Positions 1 through 38,100 of a stretch of 64,000 bases of DNA are shown here, piece by piece. The notes under the pieces are model-generated. The model searched no databases. It was not told the DNA's origin and saw only the letters and a program-made list of their open reading frames with translations. Made by a program: the position numbers and the translations under genes. The first letter of the stretch is position 1, and each line of letters opens with the position of its first letter. The stretch covers positions 265,194 through 329,193 of the forward strand of contig JAQGDQ010000099.1 of assembly GCA_030141605.1 (NCBI GenBank). The letters are read 5' to 3'. The DNA comes from Tubiluchus corallicola (Eukaryota; Animalia; Priapulida).

Positions 1-734
1 ACATCTTCTAGGTTTCTAGCAGCGTTCCACAAGAATCTATACCGGGTCCCGTTTTATTCCTACTCTTTGCCAATGATTTGCCAGATTCAGTTGCTTCAGA
101 AATTAATATGTTTGCTGATGACACAAATGTCTATTATCGAGTTCTGACAATAGAAAATTCGGTACATTTACAAGAAGATTTATTTCATCTGGAAGCCTGG
201 ACAGATAAATGGTTATTACAGTTTAATGCATAAGTGTGTAGTGTTGCAGCTTAAAGCTCAAGTTTCATCACATTATTATTTGGCTGGCAGTGAGTTAACA
301 CACGTTTCAGAACATAAAGACCTAGGTGTAATTATACCTAATGATCTGAAGCCTGCTGTACATATCATCAACATTTGCAAGAAGGCAAATCAGATGATTG
401 GATTGATTAAAAGATGTTCTGTTAACCGGGATTCTAAGCAGGTGTTAACTCTCTAAAAAGCTTATGTGCGACCATTATTAATGCAGTATGGTCACCATCG
501 TTACAATTCAACATCAAGAGATTGCAGAAAGTTCAAGATGGGTGTCTGTGATTACGTTATGCAGCTGATTTGCGTCTTGAGATTTGTTCACTCCAACAGA
601 GAAGAGAAACAGCTGATCTGTATGAAGTATTCAAGGACATAAATGGAGACAACCGCGTTAGCTGTGATACACTATTTAAGGCTACAATTCTGCTGTCCAC
701 TCGCAGTCATTTTAAGAAACTGTATAGAATGTAT
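1..734 (+). mobile_element. Decayed CR1/L2-type LINE, RT C-terminal part (host of a nested insertion)
   Basis: Translates to VPQESIPGPVLFLLFANDLP...MFADDT and KDLGVII...; contains stops and frameshifts; appears to resume at ~2510. Confidence 0.85.
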
Positions 735-2509
735 ACGTAAGGCCAGAAATAAGGTAACATCGACAGCGAGAACAGCAAACGGAACCTCTGCTACAAATCC
801 AAAAGTAATCCCAAAGCTTTTTGGGCCTACATAAACTCCAATATGATCAAAAAGGAGGGAGTGCAACCACTAAAAAGATCAGATGGAAGTATAGCAACTA
901 CGGAACAAGAAAGGGCTAATGAATTACAGAAAACTTTTCCTCTGTTTTTACACATGAAGATGTAACTAACATTCCTCAGTTGCCACCAATTACAGAACAC
1001 ATGCTTGATGTGCTTTATATAACAGAAATGGAATTACGTACTAAAATCAAATGCATGAAGGGAAACACTGCTTTGGGACCAGATGGCATATATGCTAGTG
1101 TTATAAAGAAGAACGAAGATTATCTAATTTATCCTATGCTATATATTATGAACCTAAGTTTGGCAACCGGTATTTTACCAACAAGCTGGAAGTGTCTGCT
1201 ATCTTTAAAAAGCGGATCGGGAACTTGCAAAAAATTATAGACCTATAAGCCTGATTTCGGTTGTTTGCAAACTGAAGGAAGGAATATTAAGGGGCAGGAT
1301 TTATGACCATCTTACAAATTCAATTTAATCAGCAATAAGCAGCACAGGTTCAGATCAGCAAGATCATGCATAACCAATGTTCTGCAAGCACTACAAGAAT
1401 GGGTAGAAACCCTTGATAATAACGGCGAAGCCGATGTAATTTACTATAATTTCCTCAAAGCATTTGATAGAGTTCTCCATTTAAGACTACTTAGTAAACT
1501 AAAAGCATACAGCATTTAAGGACATTTATTAACATGGATTGGAAATTTTCTTTGTGGGAGGAAACAATGCGTTATAGTCAATGGTCCACAATCAAACTGG
1601 ACGGATGTCATCGGTGGTATACCTCAGGGCAAGGTTTTAGGACCTATGTCATTCATGATCTACATCAATGATTTACCTGATGTCTTTACCTGTGGTACCA
1701 GCTTATTAGCAGATGATACAAAAATATATGATAAGGCTTATTGTCTCAATGACCATGAGCACTTGCAAAACAATATTGACTAAGCAGATAAATGGTGTCA
1801 CAAATGGCAAATGCATTTTAATAGCCATTTGCCTATTAACCCTTGGAAGACCAGATGTTTCAGATCGTAACTACGTAATGGCACAAGGACCTAGCAATGT
1901 AGAAATAGCAAATGTCACTGAGCAAAAAGACTTGGGCATCATTGTTTGATAACATGCTTAAATTTCAAAGCCACATTCATCATACTGTCAATAAAGCTCA
2001 CAGAGGGCTTAAGCTTATTAAGCGAAACTCCACTTATTTAGATGGGCCCATGATGATCCAATTGTACAAGTCAATGGTTAGACCAAATTTGGATTATGGC
2101 GATGTAATTTGGAATCCAGCAAGGCAAGATGTGATAAGAAAAATTGAATCTGTTCAACGTCGAGCTACTACTAGACTGGTACCAGTAGTTTCCGGATTGC
2201 GCTACTCTACGAGAGTAGGCTAGGGCTAACTACTTTAAAATATAGGCAGGACTTTATCCAAACATTCCACATCTTAAAAGTTTTGGTCACATTGATGCTA
2301 GCAAAATGTTTCCATCTCAGACTTATCATGGTACTAGAGGCCATCGGTACAAAATCAAGAAGACAGCAGCCTCCAATAGATGGAACAGAAAACGAGAGAT
2401 TTCTTTTAAGACATAAATATAAAATTCAAAAAAGATTGGACAGGTTTATAAGCTATTTATCAGCTTAACCTCTATCCTGCGATGGTAACAGTAACGCCGG
2501 TATAAACCT
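735..2509 (+). mobile_element. Second decayed CR1/L2-type LINE, nested in the first
   Basis: RT motifs GPDGI, NYRPISL, KAFDRV, GIPQGKVLGP, LADDTK, YKSMVRPNLDYG, IESVQRRAT, broken by many frameshifts; boundaries approximate. Confidence 0.85.
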
Positions 2510-2640
2510 TATGCAAGAACTAATTGTAAAAGTTCATTTTTTTCACACCGTGTAGTGAACAAGTGGAGCAGTTTGCCAGAATGAGTGGTTAGTGCACCGA
2601 ATTTAAACCTTTTTAAGGAGAAATGGAGAGCTTCACGATA
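2510..2640 (+). mobile_element. 3' end of the first CR1/L2 LINE
   Basis: Reads ARTNCK..FF..RVVNKWSSLPE*VVSAPNLNLFKEK, the typical CR1 C-terminus, continuing the frame broken at ~734. Confidence 0.65.
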
Positions 2641-3069
2641 GTCATGCTTTAAGAAGCCAAAATTATTAGGAAAGAATTTATTTAGCATTTTAAACTACTC
2701 TACACAAACAAAGCAAAGCAGTTAAGAAATGTAATGAATTAGCATTCTGTACAAGACGGCGATAAGAATTTAAGTTTAAAAGATAAATTTCTAAAGCACT
2801 AAAATTAAATTTAATTAAATGTACACACCATAACATGTGCTTCGTCGAGCAGCTTTTCCGGAAGTTTGAGTTACCTTGTCTATTCGTAGCACAAAGTTTT
2901 TAATGATAATCCATAAAGGTAAATAAGCAAACAAACACGTTTAAATACCAATAACAGTTATCATTTCTGCTATTTTTTAAAGACAATGTTTTGTTGAGTT
3001 ACGTTTTTAGACACAACCAGAACGCAAAACACTATTTTTGACGACATTTGTCACGGCTGGTTCCCACGA

Positions 3070-3078
3070 AAGATGGCG
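3070..3078 (+). promoter_or_regulatory. YY1-type motif AAGATGGCG near the LETM1 start
   Basis: Match to the AAnATGGCG consensus ~100 bp upstream of the proposed LETM1 ATG, in a CpG-containing patch. Confidence 0.4.
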
Positions 3079-3170
3079 ATTTACTTGCCGGATCGTGCTT
3101 TTCTGCAAAAAATGTTGCATGACTAATTTCTGCGAATTTAATAATTATAGATTGCTAAAATATTTAACCA

Positions 3171-27035
<23,865 letters not shown>

Positions 27036-30000
27036 ATGAGGAGTTGCTGCCATTTTGGCAGTTGGTTGTGATAGTAATGAATTTATTTATATCATTTATT
27101 TAAATGCAATTTCATTACACGCTGTGGTGAATGCATGGGAATGGTGTGTTCACACTAATACCATTGTGAATATAGCTTGATATAGTATAAAATGGAACAG
27201 TAGGATTATGTATGTAAGTATAAATAACGCTCAATGATAAATGGTAGCGGTGCTACGCATTAATAAAGAGAATTAGCATTAATAAAGAGAATTTGCCTCT
27301 CAATGCTATTGTTAAAGCAAGACAGAGAGGAGCCTGAGACAGAAATCTGACCTTTTACGTTTTTAAAAGAGAAAACTTCAATGAAGCGATTCCGAATATT
27401 TCTTGCAAGTGTACCTGCAAGTTGGCAAAGAATTTCACATTGTGTGCAGCTTTTATTAGTGATGTCTGTCTGCTTGTAATGTAAGTTTATTAGTTTTGTT
27501 GTCTGCTTCGTTGGGCATTTGGTAGCTCTTTCAAAGGGCAATTCTAGAGGTAAATATACTTTCCATTATTTAAATACTTACTTATTCATATGAAAGATGG
27601 TGCCAGGAAAGCAGTGAATTAACAATGCAATTAGCTGATTAATTTGTTAAAAATCATGGATCTTTTACTTCAAATTTCTCATTTTCTTGTTTTCATATTG
27701 AATTTGATTTTATATCAATGAGGTGTTGTCCAAGAATTCACGTTCCTTTTAAAATTTTCATAAAAATTATTGTGGAAACAGAAATTAGGTACTGTTCTTA
27801 CCGATCACATAAACTACCATATGGTGAGCCTATAGGAGATACATTGATCATTGTAATAAATTTAAAGAGCTTCTGTTGGTTTATTAAATTTCGTAAAACT
27901 TAATGACACTTCAATACCATAGTTCAATTTCCTCAAGGTCCACTCTTTTGCAGAAAAGTTGCATGAACGTTACCTAAAAATGTGTGCTTCCCTCGTGTGA
28001 TATAATTAAGCTAAAGTGTAATAATGGAGAATGGTACAGAAGTTTGATTCACTGTGTATTGTGATTATGTAGTCAAATGCTATTTTCTTTTTGCAACGCC
28101 TTTGAAACTTTGAATCATGTTGTGTCGTTCTGGTGGCTGGTAAAGTGATTCTAGTGATGTAATGGTATAGCTTACCTAGTTCAATCTAACTGGTCATCTG
28201 AGCAGTGGCATAGCTAATAGGTGCGCAAGAGGATCAACCACTCCACCAGGCACATTTTCAAAATTGGCGCCTTCAACAACCTACCTTATCGCTTTATTTG
28301 ACCAATTTGCCTCTTGTGTTTTTGAAATGAGCGTGCATTTTCGCAACTCATTTGTCGAGGTTGATTGATTGAACCAAGGATCAAATTGTCCCAAATCTAA
28401 TTATTGTAATATATTCTTGTCGCATGTTGATACTGCCTGTTGCGGCATAAACAAATGTAATTGCTTCATGTGTCACGTTGCGTTTTTATGTGCTTGCTCC
28501 CCATAACTTTTGAACCTGGCTACGCATGCCCTTGCATCTAAGATAGGTTTACGAGTACATATAAGTACATAAATGACCAAGTTGTGTGCAATAAGAAGAT
28601 TTTTTTTGTTTTATGGTATTTGAAGTTAAATAGCACATTAGGTTAATAACAATAACTGCTTCTGCACTTGGTAGTTTGATTAATCAGACCTTTCTGTGTA
28701 GTGACACCTAGTTGCATCATTATAGAGTTGTGCATGCACCAATATGCTTTATTTAAGTGCACTTCATTAGTGGTCAGTCCTGCTGACCGTCACTGTATTG
28801 ATCTAGAATAGGCGCAATTTATTATAAAATTTCTGCTTTTGGGCATTAGTTTATTTTTTACTCATTTTGCAGGTATTAAATCAATTTTTTTAAACTATTA
28901 TCCCAAGACAAAGTAATGCTTACGTTGTTTATTAATGGATGGCGCCACGTGTTTATGCTACTTGTAGAATCTTTCAGTAAGCAAAATAAAAAGAGTATGT
29001 GTAGTGTAACCATCTGCATAAATTATAAGTAAACTATTAGAATGACTGAGAATACTATCTTGAAGTGCTGTATTTAGCCTTGGAATGTAGGTTTCTTGCC
29101 AATACTATCTAAAGTCTTGAGTAAAGAGAAGTATATTAAATCAAGTAGTTAGGCAGTTTGTTGTAGTTCTTGTGAACTACATATAACACCATTATAGCAA
29201 ACATGGTTTGTTGCGTACACATCGGTAATGCGAACTTACAAAAAAGAACGAACTTTCATCAGTCATTTAATGAGTATAACAGCTTTGAATACAGTGTACT
29301 CTAAAAGCACTTTACATCATGTACGCAGTCACACATTTTTATACACTTATTATTAATACAAGTTTGCATGTCCATCAAGTAGTCATACACAGGATTTATT
29401 AGATGCGTATGATTTAAGAGAATCTCGGTTATAGAGTACTTTTTTCTGGGTCCCTAGCAGATTTTGCTATAATGATGTTATACTGTAGCTAATACGTTCT
29501 TTAGCATTGTTTTCGTGATATTGCCGTGTTGTTGCACCGCCAGTCGATGGAGACAATGATGTAAACAAAATTACTTTTCACTTGCAGTTCGAATTAACGA
29601 CTCAATTAGAGAAAGACTAAGTGGATTGTAGTTTATTTTAATTACTGTCGTGTATGTAGGAAATAGATGTAAAATTAGTTTAATATATATAAATGAGTGA
29701 TATGTAATTGTATATGCTGCTATAAAGTTGTTTAGATATTAGTCTTTAGCATGTACCAGCGAAATAGATTGCAAAGATATACTTTGGTTTGCAGTTTTAG
29801 TTTGTGATCTTGTAGTACCTGCAGACTTCCTTTTGTGCAATTTAATGCTTTCATGATTTTTTTTGTTTAGCATCAAACTTGTCATATTACATTTTAAAAA
29901 ATATATTTCAATTTATGGTGGCAGGGACTGGTAAACAGGTTTTGATGCTTTTTCAATTCATATTTTTTCTACATCTCTCTCTCTTTCCTTCTTTCTCACC

Positions 30001-31996
30001 ATCTCTCTCGTTGTCTCATTTTTAAATTCATCTGTACGAAAACTGCGCCTTTTTTATCTATAACATAATAAACAACCTTGCTGTTAAACATAGAATTATG
30101 AAATAGGAAATAGGAACTTTGTGATTTAGTGCTATAAAAAGTCAGGAAACTTCACAGGAAACAAAATAGGGCTGTATGAAAGAGAGATTGCATGTTTTGC
30201 ATAAAGAACATTGTGAATGCTATAAAAGCTGCTTTACTTTTGGATTAAGCTTTACTTTAATGAATTACATGTAAAATAGTGTTGCTTAGGAAGTTACAAA
30301 TGACATCATTAGCGTGCAGTTTTCCTGAAACACAAATTTGATTTTGCTTATATAACTGAATCTGGATCAGAATAATAAACAAAACATTTCACAATAGCAA
30401 TTTGTTGCTTGGTTTGATTTCTTGTATGTCATGGACAGATACAGAGGTTTTTAAGTCAACTCCCACTGCTGAGTGTAGTCAAAAACATAATGATAATGCC
30501 ATATAAGTGGCTCTGATTGATATGTATTATTAGCATGCGATGTCGGGCCTACTGCCCTTTGCTGAGTTGGACTGATGTCTTATATGGTAGGGAACGCGAT
30601 CTTTAATTCTGGTTCTGGTTTAATTTAAGGTTCTGGGTTCAAATCCTACTCACAATATGGCAACTCCTTCCTGCTTCTTCAGTTAATTAGCCATTAGGTC
30701 GGTTGATGTGAAAAACGATGTTTTTCTTTTGTGCACTGAACTTGAATTTAACATGGTAAATTGAAACGAGCAACCTTTGGGTAACGTTAATACAGTTTTA
30801 TTTTAAATTCACAAAATAGATTTGTCACAGGCCATTCCAGCAATAATAATAAAAATAAAATAAAATAACGTATTTTTAACATCACCACTCAACAATACCT
30901 ATACAAGATTTATTTCGTGAATACACGAATTAGTTAACAGTATCCACACCACGTACCATTAGAACATTTATAATGTACAGAATATTTGTTTAATTACTAA
31001 CAGGAACAAGTTTCATTCGACATCTATAAACCAAACAGTTTCAATTCATCACAATTAAGCGGGTAACCGTTTCTCCATTAACCAACAAGCAAATTCACTG
31101 GCCTCTGAAGATCACACTGTGGCCCTTGACTGCCCCATTTAGTCAACATCAGTGGATGGCCAATGAACCAAACAGTTAGGCGGGATCACTAACAGGTTTA
31201 TACTCTATATAAATGCACTCAGCATATAACCCGATCACCAATAAAATGACAAAACAAATCTTAAAAACAAACTTTACTCAGAAGTACTTTCTACATTTCA
31301 TTTCCTTTGAACATCAAAAGCAGTGGATACAATTAGGTGGGCTCAGTAATAGAGATACATGTACTCAATAATGAAACGTGAAAACAGATTTCACTATAAA
31401 AAAGAGATGATTACACGAATAAGAACTCAATCTGCAGTCCAGTTGGTATTTGCACAGATTGAAGTTCAACTATAGTTAGTTAACTTTCACCAAAACTACA
31501 AAGTACAAACGATTTTTGCTGACTGAAGCAGAGAGACAAATTGCTAATCAGCAAGAATTTTTGTTGCATTGACAAAATTTCAACTGTCCATCTGGTTTTA
31601 ACTGGAAGAGCCACAGCCACTCAGCTTGAACTAAACAAGCAAGTCTCATAAATATTCTTTGAGGAATAATCTCCCATATGTGAAATGTCTATAACAAATA
31701 TATTTCCAATCTTTCTCTGCATATTGTGCACTATAAAAAGTGTTGTCAAACATGCCTTTCAACTTTACAATAAATTTTCACATTGTAAACATGCCAAGCT
31801 TGACAAAAATTAGAAACCACATACTACATCAGTTGGTATGGCAACTCTTAATTTCACTGCTGGTTTTTACTAGACTTGATGATGCTAAAGGGAGATGCTC
31901 AAACTGCCGAAATATGGAATGTTAATATTAATCATATTGTGCATTTTTTAAGCCGCATTCAGATCAGACCATAACACGATCGATCATCAACGAAGA

Positions 31997-32104
31997 CTAG
32001 CTTAGTTTACCCAGTTCTGCTTTCTTGAAGATTTCCGCCGCTGTGAAGATGCAAGAGTCGATTATTCCTGCCACGGTGAAAGTGCCGCCAACTATTGCGC
32101 AGAC
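31997..32104 (-). CDS. ERGIC1: ERGIC1 exon 9
   Basis: VCAIVGGTFTVAGIIDSCIFTAAEIFKKAELGKLS*. Confidence 0.95.
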   Translation of the reverse strand, partial: VCAIVGGTFTVAGIIDSCIFTAAEIFKKAELGKLS

Positions 32105-35100
32105 CTGAAAACAATCATTTTCATAACAACAGAATAAGTAAATGTAATGTTACAAAACAGTAACACAGAATGTGTAAGCTACTTGCACAAAAAAAACAAA
32201 CGAACCGCAGAGTAAGAAATGGTTTTATCATTGGCATTATTTTTAAAAATGCTGAAGCAAGAACGTTGTATCAACATTCTTAAAAAAAGAGCAGATTGAT
32301 CTGTTACGGGCCCAGGTGATGCTGGTCCTGATTTAGTTGCTTCATTGGATGCCATACAGCTTCACTGTGGTTGTGCGATAAAGGCTTAGTGTGATTGTAG
32401 TACAAGAGCGTTGTATATTAATATTACACGGTCTAAATTTAATATTCTCTAAAATTAACGACAATTTCGCTTTAAATTATTTAGCCTTTTCATATACGGT
32501 AACATCAAGTTGCATGCACATTATTTGTCCTGAATTATATTGTCCTTAACACACGGCTTTAGTTGTACTACTGACCCACTACAATGTTTAAATGTAATAC
32601 ATATCTTGTAAACACAGGTATTTTATTACAGAATTTGGCAACCTGAGCATCCGTTTTGTTATTGCCTTTCACTGGTCAATCTGCAGTTGTTTTGCTATTA
32701 GCGAATAAGTATAAAGTGAAACTCTAAGTATAAAGTTTAAATCTAATACAAATCTTACAAGTACAGGTATTTTATCACTTAATTTGGCAAACTGAGGATC
32801 TATCTTGTTATTAATATAGGTTGCAGTTGTTTGGCTATTAGCAAATAAGTATAAAAAGGCCCCATAAAAGAAGTGCAGGAGGACACTGTTAAAATTCAGC
32901 AAAATCTTCCATTGGAAATTCTTAACCTTTGCTCCACAAAAGTTCCCAAAATATGTTAAAATGCAGAACGGACACCCAACGTGAAAATCTCCCTTTTTTA
33001 CATTTCATCATATCGCACATCAGAAAACGCTCAAAGGCAGGGTCTACTTGAGTTGATACTGCGCCATAACTGGAGCCTGACTCATTATCAAGGATATACC
33101 TATAACATGAGCCACTGAACCAGCAGAGGTATTTGAGCATGTTCAGATGTATATACATCATCCGCTAAGAGGTAAGCAGTCAAGGTTTAAGAGTGATATT
33201 ATTTAGAGTCGGCATCGAACCCATATCAGTCATACAAACCACGGATGCCGTATCTACTCAGCCACAACCTCTTTTTGATGTCCCTGCTTAAAAAAGTAGC
33301 ACAGTAATGAATTTCCTTTGTTACCAGGGGCCAGTTGAATAACTACAATTCGTGAACGATTTTATGTGGCTGCCTGATGAGCAAAGAAAGTAAATTGACA
33401 AGATTCTTTGAAAAAGCAGGTTTCCAATAAACATACTATTTCTCATCAAGCAACGAAAATTCTTTTATTTAGCACGGTTAAGGAATTCAAATTGGAAAAA
33501 ACTATTACCGTGGTTAGGAAACTGTAAAATGGTTGTCGTTTTTCTGTGTATTTTACAGTGATGGGATTCAAATCATAACGGAACCAAATGGCTGGCATCA
33601 TTACATGTCCATGACCATAAGCCAAAAATTGCTGCAAAACATAAACAATTCATGCCTATGTAATATGAGCAAAATATAATTATAATTGTAAATAAAAGTT
33701 CTGGCAAACAAGCACAAAAATACTGCAGTAAGGTCTTTTTATATATAAGATTATTCAATATTTTTTATATTAAATCGAATGCTTTTATACAACTTGACAG
33801 AAGTACATTTAACATATTATAAGCGACAAACACCAATACATAAACATTGATAGAAATATCCCAAAATAAGAGCTTTTTACAATTTTTTATCAAGCTCGAC
33901 ATTTAGATAGCTGCGCTGTCTAGTACCGATCACCAGGAAATCCTGTTGCATCATGTACTGATAACTACCCAACACACTGATACAAATGTCCGATAATAAA
34001 AGAATTTTTTGTAATTTTTATTAACATTCCAGCTATTTTTAGAAGCTATTATTAGGCAGTCCTATCGTATTATAGTTACTAAACCTACACACTGATATAA
34101 ATATCCTATAATAAAGGACTTTTTTTATATTTTTTATTGAACACTACAAATTATCTTGTTGTGTATGAATACACTTACCCGATAAGCAAACGAATACTGA
34201 TATGAGTATTTCTTTCTGCCGCCAATATTTTCATATATTGCCGGAACTATTCTCATGACATATTCGTGTGATGCTAGTGCTATGATAAAAAAACAATTAC
34301 AAAAATGTTTTAGAGAATTGCAAAATGATAAAAAACACAAACAGCTACACGGAAGATTTAATAGGAAATGAAGAAGCACCTGAATATTACCACTGTTCTG
34401 CTATTCAGCAGGCAGACGTTCAGAGCCAAAATTTTGTTATATTTTGGCAGAATCTAAGCAGACTCTTGCCATGACATTTTGTAAGATCCAGAGAATCAAG
34501 ACTAAATTACATAGCTCAAGTACAATGAATTATAATTACAGAGATAGCAAAGATTCAATGTCAATTAAAGTGATTTATTATACGAATTTATAACTATCAG
34601 TACTGATATCTTTTTCAAAATGAGATCTAACATTCCTGATTCAGTCGCCAAGCAATTTAGAATTTTGGTTATTATTCGCTTTGTAAGTCAAATGCCTGTT
34701 TCAACTCTTTCAAATATTAATCACTAAACAACCAACTTACATCTATAATCAGCTAAATTTCAATCGTAATATGACCTCTCAGATCACTAGACAGCTAAAT
34801 TTACTTTTTATTCCTGCTGCAAAATCAAATTCTGGTGCAAGACGGTTTATAGTCAGGGGAAGCAAACATGACAATCAATATGCGACCATCAAAACCGAAT
34901 TAAATAAAATTACAAAATTTTAAATATTTAAAAAGAAACTCAGGGAATTACTTATAAATAGTTGTTAGTTACAATGTGTTCTATTTTCTTTTAACTGTAA
35001 TCAAGTTTTATAACTATTTTTTATGTAATATTAATTAGGATGTTTATTTTAGTTTTTTTTACTTTTACGTACTGTAAACTGTACAAAGAAAAACCTCATT

Positions 35101-38100
35101 CATGGGGACTGCACGTGTAATGTAAAAATAAATAATTAAAAAACTCTGCTTCCCAAATGTTTAAACAGGTCTTAATAACTCTTCTTCCTTCAGGCTTTGA
35201 TAATATCATGTAATGTTAGAGAGAAGTTCTTTACACAAAACAGAACAAATTTTACTGATAACTTGGCAAATCGGCCAGTTCCAAACCTTACACTGTCTGC
35301 CAGGAGTTTGCATTCTTGCTGGCTAGAATAAGCATAGAATCCTACCATTTTTATGTACAACTCTGAATGTGCAATATGCCAAAGACACATCAGAAGTGAC
35401 TAAGTAAACTCGCAAAAGCAAAATGGCAGGGTACGTGCTAATGTAAGGCAAAAGTGAAAAAGTCAGATTAGTGTCAGTATTCCTTTTTTTTTAACGTTAA
35501 AACCTGCTAGAATTGCAGTAATGGGCAATGGAGTAAATGTTTAGGCGAATGGATTAAGAGATTCCATATTGAAATTCTGGCCCAGACATTATTTTTTAAC
35601 ACTTTCATGTAAGATGTTGAGTTAACAAATCACTTTCACTCATTGTTGAACTTACGTACCTTGAGCTTCTCTTTTATCTGTGCTACCAAGAGGATTAAAA
35701 TCTCCAGGCACATGTGTCTCCTGAAATAAAAATAAATATACAATTGAAAACATTGCAACAACAGACCTTTTGGAATAATGGTTGTGAAACCAATATTTCA
35801 ATGTCACGACAACAAGGCTTCTGCGCGTTTCTCAACTGTCTACTGCAGTTATGATAGACTTGAAAAAACCAAAGACTCTGCTATTTGAACAGTAATCATC
35901 ATCCTAGATTAGGTTCCCAATTGAGTGACAGAGTTGCAGTTACGACAACATGATTCAAAAATGGTGGACCGTGTAGAAAATGTTTCATAAAACGAAATAT
36001 GGCAAAGGGCTTGATGGACCGTCAAGATGGTAATCTTCATGTGCAAGAGTAACTTGAATAAAACACATCAACTTAACAAGAAATGGTTGCATTGTTGATT
36101 TTCACAACTATGCACAGAAAAACATTCAACTTTGATGGGCAGCGAACATGCTAGTGTGAATGGCAAAAAACTGTTCACTGTCCGAGAGTTGGCAAGAGTT
36201 GAGTTACTGTCTAGCATGAATGCTTCTATGTTTTACTGTCAGCAGCTCTTGACACTTCTCACAGTTGGCAAGGCTTGTCTCTATTCACTGACTAGTTTCA
36301 CTCTCTATTCACTCTCTCTCTTCAGTTCTACATTGTTTGCACATTGTTACAAGATCGGTCGCAAAAATTTGATCGCGCTTACTGTCCAAAAGTAACCCAT
36401 AGCAGCTATTGCTCTGTAGTCTGAAACCACTTGCAAGTTTGTTAGTTTTCTCTAATCACTAACTCTCTAATCACAACGCATTGTTAGGTTTACCCACTAC
36501 CAGACGATCTGGAGCGTTTCACAACTTGGCATGCATAAATGACAGTAAAATCTGCATAAATTTTACAGCAGTGCTAATCTACTTCATAACAGCCAATCAG
36601 AATGACAGAAAGGAAGAGGAGAGACAAAGACATTGATAATTGAAAAAACACAATTAAAAACATTATCTAGGATACCATAGTTAATTGTTGACCACTTACA
36701 AAGGCAAAGAATTATGACATTTTACTAATTTAAACAAGAGACTCTGCTTTACACAAACTAATTTGTCATATAATAAATATAACTTACATATATGCTATCA
36801 CCAAAAGTTAGTTCATGTATAAAATGGCTCATATCAGGTTTCTCTGGCTGACTGCTGGCAGCGTGTGTAGAAACATGGAAATTACCAGGGACCTAATGTA
36901 ATAAACAAGCATCCTTAAATGTTTCACATATAGTAGTCCAGCATGATTAGTATGGCTGTATTTTCCTCTTAGCTGCAAGAGCGTAGAAAATTCATGCTTC
37001 AGTCACACTTCCGTCTTAAAACAGAAAGTGAGAATACAATCATGCCACGACCTGTACTCCTGTTGCAGCAGGAAGCAACTACTGTACATGTATAATCAGT
37101 GTACAGCGAAAGATAAAGAATGCATTTTTCTCCCTGACTTCATCATGGGCAAAGTAGCCCTAGTGAAGGACTATGAAAATGCAGTCAAGCAAGAAAACAT
37201 TGTTTTAAGCTATTGTCTCCCCACCTTTAAAAAAATGACTGCTTTGCAAAATTGCTCAGTATTCGTCCAACAGTAGGAGCAGACTACGATTCGCAATAAA
37301 TAAATTTGTTTTCTTGTTTACTATAAATTCTAGGCAAAAGTAACTGATATTTCCATTATAAGTTACAGCAAAACAGGAACTAGCTGGAGTTACAAATTAC
37401 TTCAAAAAGTTTATAACTCATTACAGCTACAGTTCCACAATTTTGCAGCTGTTATGCGTTGCAATTGTGAAAAGCATTTTAAATTTAAAAAAATCGTAAT
37501 CCGTAGTCCTAGCATAAAAATCTTCTATTTCTTCAGAAACAAACTGCAATACCTTGTTGATCAAGAAATTTGAAAAGAAATTGCAACCAATGTTTATTCC
37601 ATCAGAAATCGGATTCTTAAATGTATTTTCGATGAACCCAACTTCGTGCCTCCCGCCTTCATCCTGAATGTCTAAGCCAACCACTGTAAGAATAAAAATT
37701 ACCACAATTATTGGATACATCGGAACACCAAACTTGTAGGCGAATAACACAAGTTTTGCAATACCTGCACATATTAATACCCAGTAAATAGATGTGTCAT
37801 AACTATATGGAAACCATTCCAGGGAATTGTGTCAGTCAAAAGATATTAAAACCAGATACATACAATTGCACATGCACATCAGACATTAATATTTAACCAT
37901 CATATGCTGATACCTTTTCACACACTCACACACAGACACACGCACAAGCACGCACGCACACAAAAACACACGCACAAGCACGCACGCACACAAAAACACA
38001 CACACACATTCACTATACAGCTGACAAGATGAAAGTATACCGCTCACTCTACTTAACATTATTGACTACTGAGTCAATTGTAATGAAGAAAAATAGTATG

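Noticed and set aside
2871-3040. Divergent gene first exon on the minus strand (AAG|GTAACT donor at 2874)
   Set aside because: No open frame leads into the donor and no partner exon is visible; a non-coding exon cannot be supported from sequence alone.
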